From Antedon mediterranea (lineage: Eukaryota > Animalia > Echinodermata), in assembly GCF_964355755.1 (NCBI RefSeq), contig NC_092672.1:3968001-4032000 (forward strand): a stretch of 64,000 nucleotides of DNA, in the 5' to 3' direction. Numbering within the stretch: the first letter of the stretch is position 1; each line of letters starts with the position of its first letter. The translations under genes and the position numbers were made by a program. Positions 12,518 through 24,839 of the stretch are shown here, piece after piece. The notes beneath the pieces are model-generated. The model was not told the origin of the DNA and did no database searches. It saw only the letters and a list, made by a program, of their open reading frames with translations.

Positions 12518-14761
12518 ATGTATCTCCGGTAAGTAAATTGTTATTTAAGCTTTTAATAATATTTAGGATGATATTTGGTGCTACTGTACTTTCACACTGC
12601 TACTCTGTACTTTGACATTACTGTCTTTAGTACTGATTTGTTAGAATTCTGTAACCTTCCTTGTACATGTTGGCAATGAGAAGGAAAAAACAATATTAAA
12701 ACACACAAAAGGTACAATATGTGTGTACTCCAGTTAGGAATGCAATACAACTGAAGATCATTTAATACAAGTCAATTTCTGTTTAAATATTCTTTTACCA
12801 TTGTGTTCTATTAGCCTATTTGAGATTATTTTATTATATACATTAACATTTTGTCACCGATGTGAAATTATTGTAAGGCAAACTGAAGTCCATTCTAAAA
12901 AAAGTGGAATGAGCTGTTAGGAGCTCAACGTAATAAGCCTTAGCATTACGTGGTAGGCTGGCCAGGTCCTTTCCATGTCGCCTTATCCTTCGTAGCATTT
13001 TCAATCAGGTACTCATTTACAGCTGAGTTGTTCTTATCGGGAAATTAACTTGGATCTTTCTGTATGATAGTGAAGTGTCTAACCACTCAGCTACCAAACT
13101 TCTTTGGTTAACAAATTATTATATAATATCATATTCAAAACTTCTTGTTGGGACCAGACTGGTTGGGACAGCCAGGCCGCTTCTTGGTCCTGGGAGAATC
13201 GTATGTAGGCTGTGAAATAAAAGGTTTACAGAATGCTTAAAGGACGTGTGGCGCAGTGTGTTGGACATTGGATTACTGATCGTGAGATCCAACTCTCACC
13301 ACATTGCTAGATCCTTAGGCAAGATACTTTATTTACATTTGCCTCTCTCCACACAGGTGTATAAATGGGTATAGACTTACGTCATTTGGTATAAACTCTG
13401 CAATAATGTCGTCCTTCTATAGCTCAGTTATAGAGTGTCATAACATATTCTTTAACGGTATGGTTCGGTAGCGCTACTGAAAATGAAAAGCGTGACCTAA
13501 ATAGAATAGTCAAGACGTATAAATGGATCTGCACAATTGCCTTTGGAGAACATATTTTCGGATCGTCTTCTGAAAAAGGCAGTGGCTATCAAAGATGATG
13601 AATTTCATCCGGTATGTTCCAGTTGATGCGCAGCGGTCGGCGACTTCATTCTATTAAGGCCAATAAGGCACGATTTACAAATAGTTTCTTTCCAGGAGCT
13701 ATTAGAGCCTTAAACATCATGTAGACAGTTTTTGTAATGTTTTTGTTTTGAGTTTGTGTTGTGTCCGTTGGATATTGTGCTCCGCACACAGAGCAAACAG
13801 AATTTCTATGTTTTTTTCTCAAAACAAATGACAATAAATGATACTTGACTTGACTTGGCGCTATATAAAAACGAATATTATTAATGCTGGCTCGATGACG
13901 ATATCACGATCAGCAAAATAAACTTTGACGAAACCCTGCTTGACAATGATTAATTGATTTAATTTTAAAAATGTTATAAAAAGAGCATTTTTATAAATAT
14001 AGTATAGATAAGATTGCAATTACTAAAATGAGTTAGAAGGTAAAAAAAGCTAACATACAGTTTTTATATTGAATTTCAGAGTAAATATGATGTTAACAAT
14101 TGTGATACAGATTAGTATAATCTATGTCATAAAATCAGCAGCTCAAATCAATTCTGAAGCTTGTAATAGCTGTTGTACAGTTGTGGTTCCTGGTATTCCA
14201 GGAAACCATGGTAATCCAGGTGTGTCAGGGCCACAAGGAATGAATGGAGAGAAGGGAAGGAATGGCTTAGATGGGATTCCTGGTAAATTAGGACCACAAG
14301 GCCTCATTGGACTACCAGGTACAAATGGTGTAAAAGGAGAAAAAGGTGAACAATCTAGTCAGAAGAAATCTGCTTTTTCAGTATTTTTTACATCAAACCC
14401 AGGTCGTCATGACACTAGCCCAATGAAGTATGACACAATAATTACAGATGTTGGAAATCATTACAACAAAGAAACAGGCAAGTTTGTCTGTACAATTCCA
14501 GGTGTTTATGTATTCCAGGTGACATCAATGAAATCAAGTGGTAGTGGTAAACTTAAAACAAGAATCATGAAAAATGGGAATGTTCAAATGTCTGCACAGA
14601 TGGATGCTGATGGGTATAATTCTGCAAGCACAATGGTGGTTCTTGATTTAGTATCAGGTGATGAAGTATGGACTCAGCCAGGTAGTCCAAGCTATAACTA
14701 TTACCACAGTAGCAGCCTAAGATACTGCTCATTCTCTGGTTTCTTACTTTATGCAGCATAA
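12518..14761 (+). CDS. C1qDC gene 4, join(12518..12528,14080..14761), 230 aa, shortest collagen (18 Gly-X-Y; first Gly changed to Val)
   Basis: Open reading frame with intact gC1q domain; intron lengthened by a SINE/LINE insert; promoter motifs degenerate. Confidence 0.88.
13238..13882 (+). mobile_element. tRNA-headed CORE-like SINE in intron of gene 4, interrupted by a LINE fragment
   Basis: A-box-like TGGCGCAGTG head; CCTTAGGCAAGATACTT...GCCTCTCTCCACACAGGTGTATAAATGGGTA (CORE-like); tail GGCGCTATATAAAA..TATTATT; AATGCT duplicated; absent from paralogous introns. Confidence 0.65.
13373..13857 (+). mobile_element. 5'-truncated Rex1/Babar-type (CR1-group) LINE 3' fragment
   Basis: Frameshifted translation RLTSFGINSAIMSSFYSSVIE..ITYSLTVWFGSATENEKRDLNRIVKT...FQLMRSGRRLHSIKANKARFTNSFFPGAIRALN matches the post-RT (DUF1891-like) region; ends AATAAA + (CTTGA)n. 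Confidence 0.75.
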
Positions 14762-15596
14762 AGTAAGCATATACAAATACTTGTATTGTTTTAAACACTT
14801 TAGATGAATGATGCTAATTCAAAAGAAGCCAGTTAAAAAATTATAGATATAACATTTATTTCATTTGAGGAACTAAATTGTTTAAATACATGTTAGAAAT
14901 AAAAATATTAATATTCAGTAGTTTGAGTAAATCTATGCAGGCGGTTCAAAAGGATTACATTTTTTTACACACTTTATTACAGCCTATTCACACTCAAATC
15001 AGGAAGGTTTTAGTAAATTCATCCACTACAATTCTGAATTAATTAATTAAAGACTGTCAACATTCAGTTCTTTGACATTTGACCTTTTAAAACAGATTTT
15101 ACACATTTATTTATTTAACCCATGGCTGGTAGTAGTAGTACTGCACTTTGCAAAGATTATGCTAAGAGAAATATATCAGCATGGGTAACTCTGCAAGTTC
15201 CTTGTTTAAAAATCAAAGCCTCTTCTTTTTTTAAAGTTTTGAATTCTTTCCTTGGCACACTTTATTTTATAAAATTCATATGAATCGCAATATTGCTCAT
15301 GACGACACTGAAACCAGTTTGTTACAACTTGACATATAACTTTACATAAAATATAAAAAAAAACTGAGCATACTTTTAAACTCGGTCTACACTATCAAAC
15401 TATTTTAACAAATATAGTAATAGTAATATGGTAGTAATATGCCAGAATATGGTCATCATATCCATATATTGTTGTTGTCACATAAACTTTTGATAGTGTA
15501 GACAGAGTTTTAGATGAAACAATGATACAAAAATTATTCCGTGCCCAATTATAGGAATAGTATGTGGAATAGACTACACTACTTTAGAATACTTAC

Positions 15597-18500
15597 GGAC
15601 AATTCCCTAGAAATTGGGCGTGGTTTCCAGACATCGTTACTGACACCATTCAATGTTAAACTCCTGACACGTTTTTGGCAATTTCCTCTTTAAATAAACA
15701 GTTGGCGGTGTCTGTTTAGAGAGAACCTTTTCAAAAGACATACCGACAAAAAACTCCATTCTTTTTAACGTTGCTAAGCAGCTTAGTCTTGCACATGGAT
15801 CTTTACAGAGTAACTACAGGAAAAAAAAGTGATCATAAAGAAAAATGCATAAACTACCAGAGACTATCGGGTTATTCAAGGTCAGGCTGTTGTATACTGC
15901 AAAAAAGAACGTATAGTTTGATTATCAAGATAAAAACGTGGTATTATTAGGGAACTATCAATCTGCGACGATCTAGAAATTAGTTGACGTGTTGCCAAAA
16001 CGGTGTCCAAAAATGAGTGTTCAAAAAGAATGTTGAAATGGATCTGTGTGCACACAATAATATGGCATAAAACTATAGTAGCTAATTCGGCATAAAATTA
16101 TAGTAGCTCCGAGTTCATTGATTGTCAGATGAGAATTTTACAAATTTAATTAAAAAGTAGTTAACTAAAAATGAATCAACTGTTACCTGAAGAATGACGT
16201 CCTGAGCTGGATAACTAACAAATGGAGGTAACTTGAATTCCTTATTTCTAACCTTATTATAAATCTCAATGTGATTGGTGGAACCGCTTAACGGATATTT
16301 ACCCGTCATCAAGCAAAACATTATAATGCCGAGTGACCACCAGTCAACACGATGATCATAGTCACCCATATTTAGTACTTCAGGCGCTGAAAAAATTAAG
16401 GTAGATGTTTAGTTGTCCTGTTAAAAAAAACATTAAAACTATGGTATAAATTTGGAGACTATTACAGAGCAGAATTTAGATTTGTGACCATGTTTAATTA
16501 GCGGTGGTCGATATAGGATTTTAAAAAAGATGGTAGGGCTGGAAATCAACAAAAGGAAGCAGTTCTGTGCATCTCCTATTCTAGCTTACATTAACTATTA
16601 ACTACATACTGTATTAACTACGAATTCAGCATTTTATTAATCAATTTAAAAAACTGTCTACCTGTTGAACAACAAACAATTTTGGATGATATTATTTAAA
16701 GATAGCAAAATGATTCACTTAGCCTTATTAGAGATAACTAGATGGCACGCTCGCTTCGCTCGCGTACCATCTAGGGGTGCTCACAGATGGTTCTCGAATA
16801 CAGTAGAATCCACGGACGGGGACTTTTTTGGGACACTAAACAAAAACGGAAGTGTCCCCCTAATTGGGGTATTCAGAAATAGAGACAACAAAACCAATAC
16901 TGGATTCCATAAAGGACAATTAATTTATGTGGATTAAAGAAATTAGGGAGAAATGGAAATGTATGTACGGGAATTGGGCGACACGTGGTGGTGGTGATGG
17001 AACCGCAGTAATAAAGTTGATTGTATTTATATATTATAAGAACCAAACTAAATAAATAGACCTAGACATTCTGCGAAATGAAAATCGGAAATGCAAGCTC
17101 CTATTCAGTGAAAAATTAAACTGTAGTCTACCTAAATATTTAGGGCAAATCATCGGTTGTGGTGTTGAAATTCCTGTAAACATTTGTGTGAACCAAACTG
17201 GGTCGAATTTCTGTCATGAGTACTGATTTGTTGGCCTGTGATTTATGACGCCTAAGGGATCTATCTAGACTTATTTTTTAGAATAATGTACGTACCTGTC
17301 AGATACAATTGTCTTGTGTCGTATAATAAATAAGTACTGTAATAGTTACTGAAGTTACTATTACAATCTCGTCAATGAAAACACGAAAATGTATATGCAC
17401 TTACTTATGAAAACGTATACAGTATTATACTCAGTTATTGAAACAGTAGGTTTAAAAAAGTTTCGTTTGTCTGTAAAATGATGTAATCAAGCTGTTTACA
17501 TGAGTCTTAATTTATAAGCACATCAATAATAAAATAGTTTATCTATCCTGTAATTGGCGAGATTATGGTCGCTGTTGAATGAAATAAAGCCAATCGGTAT
17601 CATATTTGTACAGAAACGTTTTCGCGGCCGAAGGGTGTAACCTAAATTCGTTGTATTATCGTCAAGAACTAACTGTAACTAAACTTACATAGAAAGTAGG
17701 GTATCATAAATTTGGCCTTAGCACTCGGGGGAGTGGCTAAGATGAAGTCCGTGGGACTACTAAATATAAATTTTAATGAACCTCGAGGGACATAAATAGG
17801 AATATTTCATGTTTCATTATCAATGTATAATAAATGGAAACTGTTTACCGATTCAAATAATAGAAATTGGTTTTTAACATTTTCCGAACCTATTGCAAGT
17901 TTATTCTCAAAGGGCCCATATATTTACCTACCGTATGTGTTAAACCAAGGGCTCATAAATTTACCTACAGTACTTGTGTTAAACCAAACTCTGGCAGACT
18001 GAGAGATTGGGATGTTCCATTCATCGCAAATCAATACATTTGTATAATCGTATATTAAATCTATCAAAATAGTATTTTTTAAAGAAAATCGGCCTGTCTT
18101 CAACATTATGATGGTGTACTCTAGCAATCTATCAAAATAGTATTTTTTAAAGAAAATCGGCCTGTCTTCAACATTATGATGGTGTACTCTAGCTGTTCAA
18201 CCGGTTTTCAGCTATTAAAAACAATTATCGTAGGAGGAGATAGGAAAATGCGAAGCCTCCTCGCTATGTAACATTAGGGTTGAGGGATGGGAAAGCGGAT
18301 AGGTACAAAGAGGAACAATTTTTAAATATATTCTTTATCCACTGAGTAACGAAATATTTTGTTCATGTTTTATAGGCCTATAAATAATATACCTCTAAAT
18401 ACAGTAGGCCTAAAACATTTGCGATTTAATACTTTGTTAAAACTGTCACTGTCATAATCGATTGAAATATTAAAGTACATGTCACGATACACCACTACGA

Positions 18501-19806
18501 CGTTTATATTTTTGGTAATTATTAATTAATACAAACGTTGAGAAGGAACTGTCAGTATAAAGTTTATTTGTATATCTAACAGTAGAGCCTATCCACAGTC
18601 TCAGTAATAAAGTTTATTTGTATATATTTTTATATTACATCTAACAGTACGAACATTCACAGTAAGAAATGTTCGATTCAAATGAAAAATAGTTAATAGG
18701 TATTTACAGTATTGTCAAAGTATTGCAAGTTTATTCTCAAAGGGCCCATATATTTACCTACCGTATGTGTTCAAGGGCTCATAAATTTACCTACAGTACT
18801 TGTGTTAAACCAAACTCTGGCAGACTGAGAGATTGGGATGTTCCATTCATCGCAAATCAATACATTTGTATAATCGTATATTAAATCTATCAAAATAGTA
18901 TTTTTTAAAGAAAATCGGCCTGTCTTCAACATTATGATGGTGTACTCTAGCTGTTCAACCGGTTTTCAGCTATTAAAAACAATTATCGTAGGAGGAGATA
19001 GAAAAATGCGAAGCCTCCTCGCATTTTTTTGGCGGGTATTTTTCAAGATGGACATCCATTAGACAGTGTATACCACGATCGGAAAACACCCCTATTTGGG
19101 GCAAATCGTTTAACCTAAATTCGTTTTAATCGTCAATAACTAATTATTTAACTCAATTTAATTAGTAAACAGGGTTACATCAGGCGGTTAAAATCAGTAC
19201 CGAAAGTACGAACCAACTTTACATACCATCGAGTGAAAATTCTAGAAGTAAGGCGCGATTTACCGAATTTTGCCCTTACGTAAATTTATATATAGATAAT
19301 AGATATACAATTACCCACCCATATACATAAGTGTCCCACAGACACTGGACGTCCTGCCTCCTTGCTTCAGCCATTTTGAAAATCCAAAATCGGACAGAAG
19401 TATATGACCGCCCTCATCAAGTAAAATATTCTCCATCTGAAAAGAAAAATTAGTGTTTAATGCTTTTTAAATCTTTCAGCCAACCCAATTTAAACTCCCT
19501 GCCTGTAATTTACTTCCAAAATCCAGAATTGGAATATGACCACTTTCAACTAGCAGAACAATCTGCATCTGCTATGAAAATAGAAATAATTATAGCAGAA
19601 GTTCTTTTATTATTATATATTAATATGCATATATATATATATAAATAATAAAAATTCTTATTATATAATATTTTACATTTTTTCGAATACATACCTTTAA
19701 ATCTCTATATATAATTCCTGCCCTATGTAAAAATGCCAAAGCCATCGCTATACGAATACGAATAGAACTTTACGAATACGATCTCCATGAGTGGCATAAT
19801 CCATTA
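15597..19806 (-). pseudogene. RSKR: RSKR-like AGC kinase 3' fragment, block 1: exons 19806-19695, 19436-19319, 16386-16187, 15813-15597 (terminal exon expected left of the window)
   Basis: ..FLHRAGIIYRDLK|[39 protein letters not shown]|APEVLNMGDYDHRVDWWSLG..ILQ|LLCKDPCARL with phase-compatible GT-AG introns. Net -37-nt lesion in the first exon and +1 frameshift at ~15660. Confidence 0.85.
16738..19296 (-). mobile_element. Non-autonomous Helitron (2.56 kb) in kinase intron
   Basis: Minus strand begins TCTATATATAAAT and ends in a GC-rich hairpin + CTAG. Inserted between A and T with no TSD; empty site GAGATAA|TAATAGAT at ~29140, ~41980 and ~62155. Confidence 0.9.
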
Positions 19807-19919
19807 CTTTAAATCAGAACAAACAAAATAAATTATATTATTTGGAATATTTTTGTATTTTCAAATTGATTTCCCTAATATTTTTTTTGCATTTATTAAA
19901 AAAAAAAAATATTGATTAG

Positions 19920-20045
19920 TATGTCCTTATCCGAGAAGACCACTAGGATTATGGCTGTGGAGTGCCTTGAACATGTGCTGATTTTATGGCTATGGTTGGC
20001 AGCGCCTCTGCCTTAAACCGCTTGATACTCAGCTGATGTAACTCT
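19920..20045 (-). mobile_element. Possible decayed tRNA-derived SINE (copies ~29755-29875, ~42600-42730)
   Basis: Minus strand AGCTGAGT(G)ATCAAGCGGTTTAAGGC (A-box/D-arm-like) and GTTCAAG (B-box-like); GC-richer than flanks. Confidence 0.3.
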
Positions 20046-21947
20046 CACATATATATAACTATATCTTTATTTCATTGTGTAAATAAAACACATGTTAACC
20101 ATAAATATGTACATCATCATCTTAAATCCTGATATCTTAATCTGTCATCACACAACTTACAAATTATATATAGCTATCGATATCAATACATATCTGAATT
20201 CAACAACAGTTTATCTAGGTATGCAGCTCACATAACAGCATCAACATTGGAGAAATGTATGTAACTGATTAAGAATTAACCATTAAGTTTCCATTACAAA
20301 AAGGCAAATTGTCCAACAAGAGCTAAATGTTAATATGAATGTATGACATAGATATGGAAATAAGAAAAAACTAAAGTATATTTAATATTTATTTTATTTG
20401 TAGCTTTGTGGATTTACAGTTTAAAAAAACATGATACAAAAAGAGACTATTTAGATGAGGGTGCATTAATTGAATTGTGGAACAGGAACGTCAGCACATT
20501 CCTGGTTAAATTAGAAAAAAAAAACAATAAACAACCATTTGATAGTACATTCACCAATTACTGTTTCAAGTTCTGTCTACACTATCAAACATTATTTGAC
20601 AAAAATGTGTGATTTGCACAAATATAGGGTAGTGATATGACATAATCATGTCCATATATGGGCACATCACATGTCTTTGTCACAAGTTTGATAGTATAGA
20701 CAAGGCTTTACTCCACCAAGCATTCTATGGTTGACAAGCATGAACAGAAGTTAAAATAATATCTGTTGCTTAAGTAACTATTATTTTACGTATACTAATC
20801 AGGGAAGATTTAGGCGGGGAAGATTTAGGTGGGCTAAACAGGCTTTAGGCCCCCCTTCCCCTAAAATTTAACAGCCATATCTTTTTTTTAAATAAAATTA
20901 TTCTGCAACCTGACGGATCATTTTATCATTTATGAAATATTTAGCGCCCAATAGCAATCAATATAGGCCTACCATTTACCTAAATTCATTCATGTTCGAC
21001 ATTTTAATCAATTTTTTAACACTGTATATTTCTTAATGAACATTTACCAAATAAAAATTTAGACAAATCTAAACTGAAATAGGACATACTTTTTAGCAAA
21101 TAATTTTAAATAGATACATGAAAAAAACAAAAAATATAACCTCATGGCGGAGGTATAACCGTTATATAAAACAAAAATATTTACATATAAAAAAACAACT
21201 TATATAAAATGTATAAACAATTCTGACAATGTTGGTAATTGTGATGTTGACATATTTGGATGAGCATATCTTTTAGAAAAAAATGGTACAATTGCACAAA
21301 TTAATGTTGAAAATGAGGTAAATTGTCAGCATAAGAGGAATATATATGTTTGACAGTACAAGCCTTTTTTTTTTTATAGCAGAGCTTATTATTATGTTTC
21401 TAGGTATAATTTCAATAATATTTGAAAAATCATGCTCAAATTAAAAATGTCTATTTAATATAAGTTTACAGGGTTTTATTATAAGCAGTGGTGACCCCAG
21501 GAAATGTCCGAGGGAAGGTAATTAACTATGAAGACTTGTGGGAATTTCTCTCCAAAGTATTAATACCTGTAGTATGATAGTATGCAATGTGTTATCAACC
21601 AATGCACTTTATTTTAACATTTACTGTAAATTCTTGCACCTGATTTGCACAAAAGAAATGTATAAATAATATAAATATAATAATATATATATAAAAAAAA
21701 CATTTATGAAAACAAAGGTTTTATGGTATTGTACATTTATACATTGACATATTACTATACATGGAAATTGTTGTTTTGGATAAAAATAAATATTAAAACA
21801 GATTGCACGTAGCAAAACTTGGAAAGTTTTACAATTAAATAATGTAGACTAACAGTACTATAAATCTAACACCAATTCACTATGTTGTTTTGAAGCAACT
21901 ACAATACACCTACTACACCTTTAGGACCCCAAAAAATGTTCCCTTAA

Positions 21948-22258
21948 AGATGTATTGTCCCCCAAAACATGAAAAATAAAGATTAATTAAATCAGACTTT
22001 GAATATGTGATTTAATAATTCCGTAGAAAAAACCCGAAAAAAAACCCAATGTTTTCACTTATAAATTGACAAAATAAATGGTCAAAATCAATCAAAAACC
22101 CATTGGCGGCCAGCTATTTTGACCACTTTTTATTTTAAATTACAGGTAAATACATTTTTTTCGATCCAATTTCTGGTCAAAGTGGAACTATTATGTGACA
22201 TTAAAATGGAATATTCAACAAAAATCTTGTTGAGAATTTTCAGGGGGACAATACATCT
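21948..22258. mobile_element. Kolobok-type MITE (copies 31787..32090, 44725..45125)
   Basis: TTAA|AGATGTATTGTCCCC ... GGGGACAATACATCT|TTAA: perfect 15-bp TIR, TTAA TSD, RR..YY termini. Confidence 0.85.
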
Positions 22259-22944
22259 TTAATAGGGATGTCCAAAAGGAAGGGTTTTTCTGTATATCTT
22301 TTTTGTAGTTTGTATTAAAGGTCTGTGTGGATTGAAAATCTATATACAGTATGGTTGGTTATCTAATGGTATAAATGTTGCCTTATAGGTCGCAGGTTCA
22401 AATCTTACCAGAGACATTTTTTTTTATTTAACAAAATGTTTGAAACTTCTGTTGATATATGAGCTATGTTTGATATACAGTATGTTCCAAAATGAGCAGT
22501 TTGGTTTCTAGTAATGATTATATAGGCCTATTACACTGTATTTATTGGCCTACTATACATGCCATTCTCTACTGTACAATTATATGACTAAATGTTATTT
22601 TCAAGGCCTTTGTAGAAAAGATACCACAATTATATGACATTTATTCAGGCTTTTAGTCACGTTTAATACGTCCTTTTTTAAGCAAAAACAAGCTGAATTG
22701 GCTCCAGGCCTTCAGTCACTTTGGAGAGTTCACCAGTCAATCCAATCGGCACCAGGCTTTTAGTCTCTGGGGCTTGGTCCTATTAAACACCACACAGCAC
22801 TGTAATAGTACCACTAACATTAGACAATAATGCATGTTAGTACTGACCCTTAAATAATCAACGTCGCTACTAAATATAACTTAACCTAACCTTCTCAATA
22901 TTCCCTTCTATAGGTAGTGTGTTAGTGGAGTCTATCCTAGAGTC

Positions 22945-23735
22945 ATATAACATCTAAATAAATTCCTGTCATTTGATTGTGGATCAAATGGCGTGCAATA
23001 GTACGCACTATTAAACGATCGTTTAACAGTACTTTTTTTGTGTACGAAAAAAAATAATTTTGTTTTATACTATTGCGTTTGAAATACAACAGCGCCACCT
23101 ATGTTGTACTTTCGCGGCGATTTTAATGTTATGACTGGTTTTTCGCGATGGAAGTACATTTCTGGAGAGATATATGTACTAATTTAGATCAAAAAGGCAT
23201 TTAAATTTATAGCTTCAGATCGTTTATAGGATTTTGATTAACTAATGGGAACATCTCTAAAAGATATGAAATCGTTGAAAAAACATAATTAGCCTAGATG
23301 AGTTCTAGTTGCCTGTCAAAGTTTTGCCTTTCAGCCTAGCTAGTAGGCCTGTTAGTATTAGGCCTAGCAAGGTTAAAACGTCTAGTTTGTTTGGTCGTTT
23401 GTTGACATAATTAACACTAAAGTAGGTGTGTTTATAAAATCCATATAAATATAACATTTAATATAATATTATAAAACACCAAATGTTACTGTCAATGTGA
23501 ATCAAATGTAAGCCTAAGCCTACCTTTTATTTGATTCCAATGACAGGATTCTATTTAGATGTTATATAAAACAAATAATGAATGCTTTATATTCGTGAAT
23601 GAATATTTGGTGAATGATGAAAGGTTATATATCAACTCGACTTCGCCTCGTTGAAATATAACCAGGCTTTCATCATTCACCTCATGCCATTATTTGTACC
23701 ATTACACTCATAAAAATTCATTTTTGTATATTATC
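22945..23735. mobile_element. Inverted-repeat element with terminal hairpin, possibly Crypton-like (copies ~32770-33530, ~46465-47245)
   Basis: ATATAACATCTAAATAAATTCCTGTCATT ... AATGACAGGATTCTATTTAGATGTTATAT inverted pair, followed by hairpin GGTGAATGATGAAAG..TCAAC-TCGACTTCGCCTC-GTTGA..CTTTCATCATTCACC. Confidence 0.5.
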
Positions 23736-24217
23736 ATTTACAAATAGTGTTGTGTGGTGTTTAGTAGAGGACCAAACAAACTCCCACTCTTTTTGGAGGG
23801 CTAAGGGCACTAGTCAATCCAACATGCTCAATGAGGCCCCTGCCTTTGGTCTCTCTGGAGTCAGTCCAAATGTTCACATAGCATGAAGAACAATCTTCAA
23901 ATGAATTCTGATAATAATGATTTACTTCATGGCGAATCTTTGTTGTTGTTATAAGTCGGTTTCTCTAATCCAATCAAAGTTATCAAACTGTAAAATAGAA
24001 AAAAGGATTATTATTATTATGTAATAATTGAAATGTCTAAATCAAAAATAAAAACTTAATATTGACTATTACAACATAATCTACACGAAGAGCCTTAAAC
24101 AAAGGAACAAAATATGTAACCATCACATCATATTTTGTTTTACATTAATCGGACGAATTATATTAATATTTGAATACAGTAAGAAATATGTAAACATAAC
24201 ATACATACTACTGTAAT

Positions 24218-24241
24218 CATGGAGGTATTTATACCTCCATG
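24218..24241. mobile_element. 24-bp hairpin with 8-bp TSD (P-superfamily-like footprint)
   Basis: ACTGTAAT|CATGGAGGTAT-TT-ATACCTCCATG|ACTGTAAT; paralogs have a single ACTGTAAT. Confidence 0.75.
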
Positions 24242-24839
24242 ACTGTAATGGGACAAATTATATTTATATTTGGCTGGAGTAAGTATTACAATATATGCTC
24301 TTCAGTGTAATAACTGATATGTGTGCGCATACACACTTTTTAAGAAACAAGAAGCATCAAGTTGATTGACGTTCAGAAATAGACCAATCGGAATCTTCCT
24401 ATTATTTTACCTAATGGGAAGAATTATTAATTATCTATGTTCACATGTGAGAGGGAGGTAGTTTATTGAACTTGAACAAAAACTGCGGAAGTCATCGGAT
24501 ATTTAAGTTTTGATTAGTAATCCGGTTTGAATAGTTCCCTTTCCTAATGTTATTTTAACACAAAGAGCCGGTCTAATAAAGGTACTTGTTTGTTTAGAAA
24601 AAAAGATTTAACAAGTTTAAACGTCGTGGGAATCGCATGATATGTCCTGTATAATATCAGCAAATGGACAAATTATGGAATTTTCGATTGCAAAATGACA
24701 ACATATTGGTTACACGTGAGGGACAGATTTCATCTATAAAAGTCAAGTGAAAATTGAAACTGGATTTATTCATACAACAGCAGATGACAGGGAAACATCC
24801 AGTTTACAGATCAACAGAAAAGACATTCAGAAAACAACA

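Noticed and set aside
22350-22415. tRNA-like sequence (GGTTATCTAATGGTA...GGTCGCAGGTTCAAATCTTACC)
   Set aside because: No complete cloverleaf, and paralogous copies carry deletions; at most a decayed tRNA-derived SINE head.
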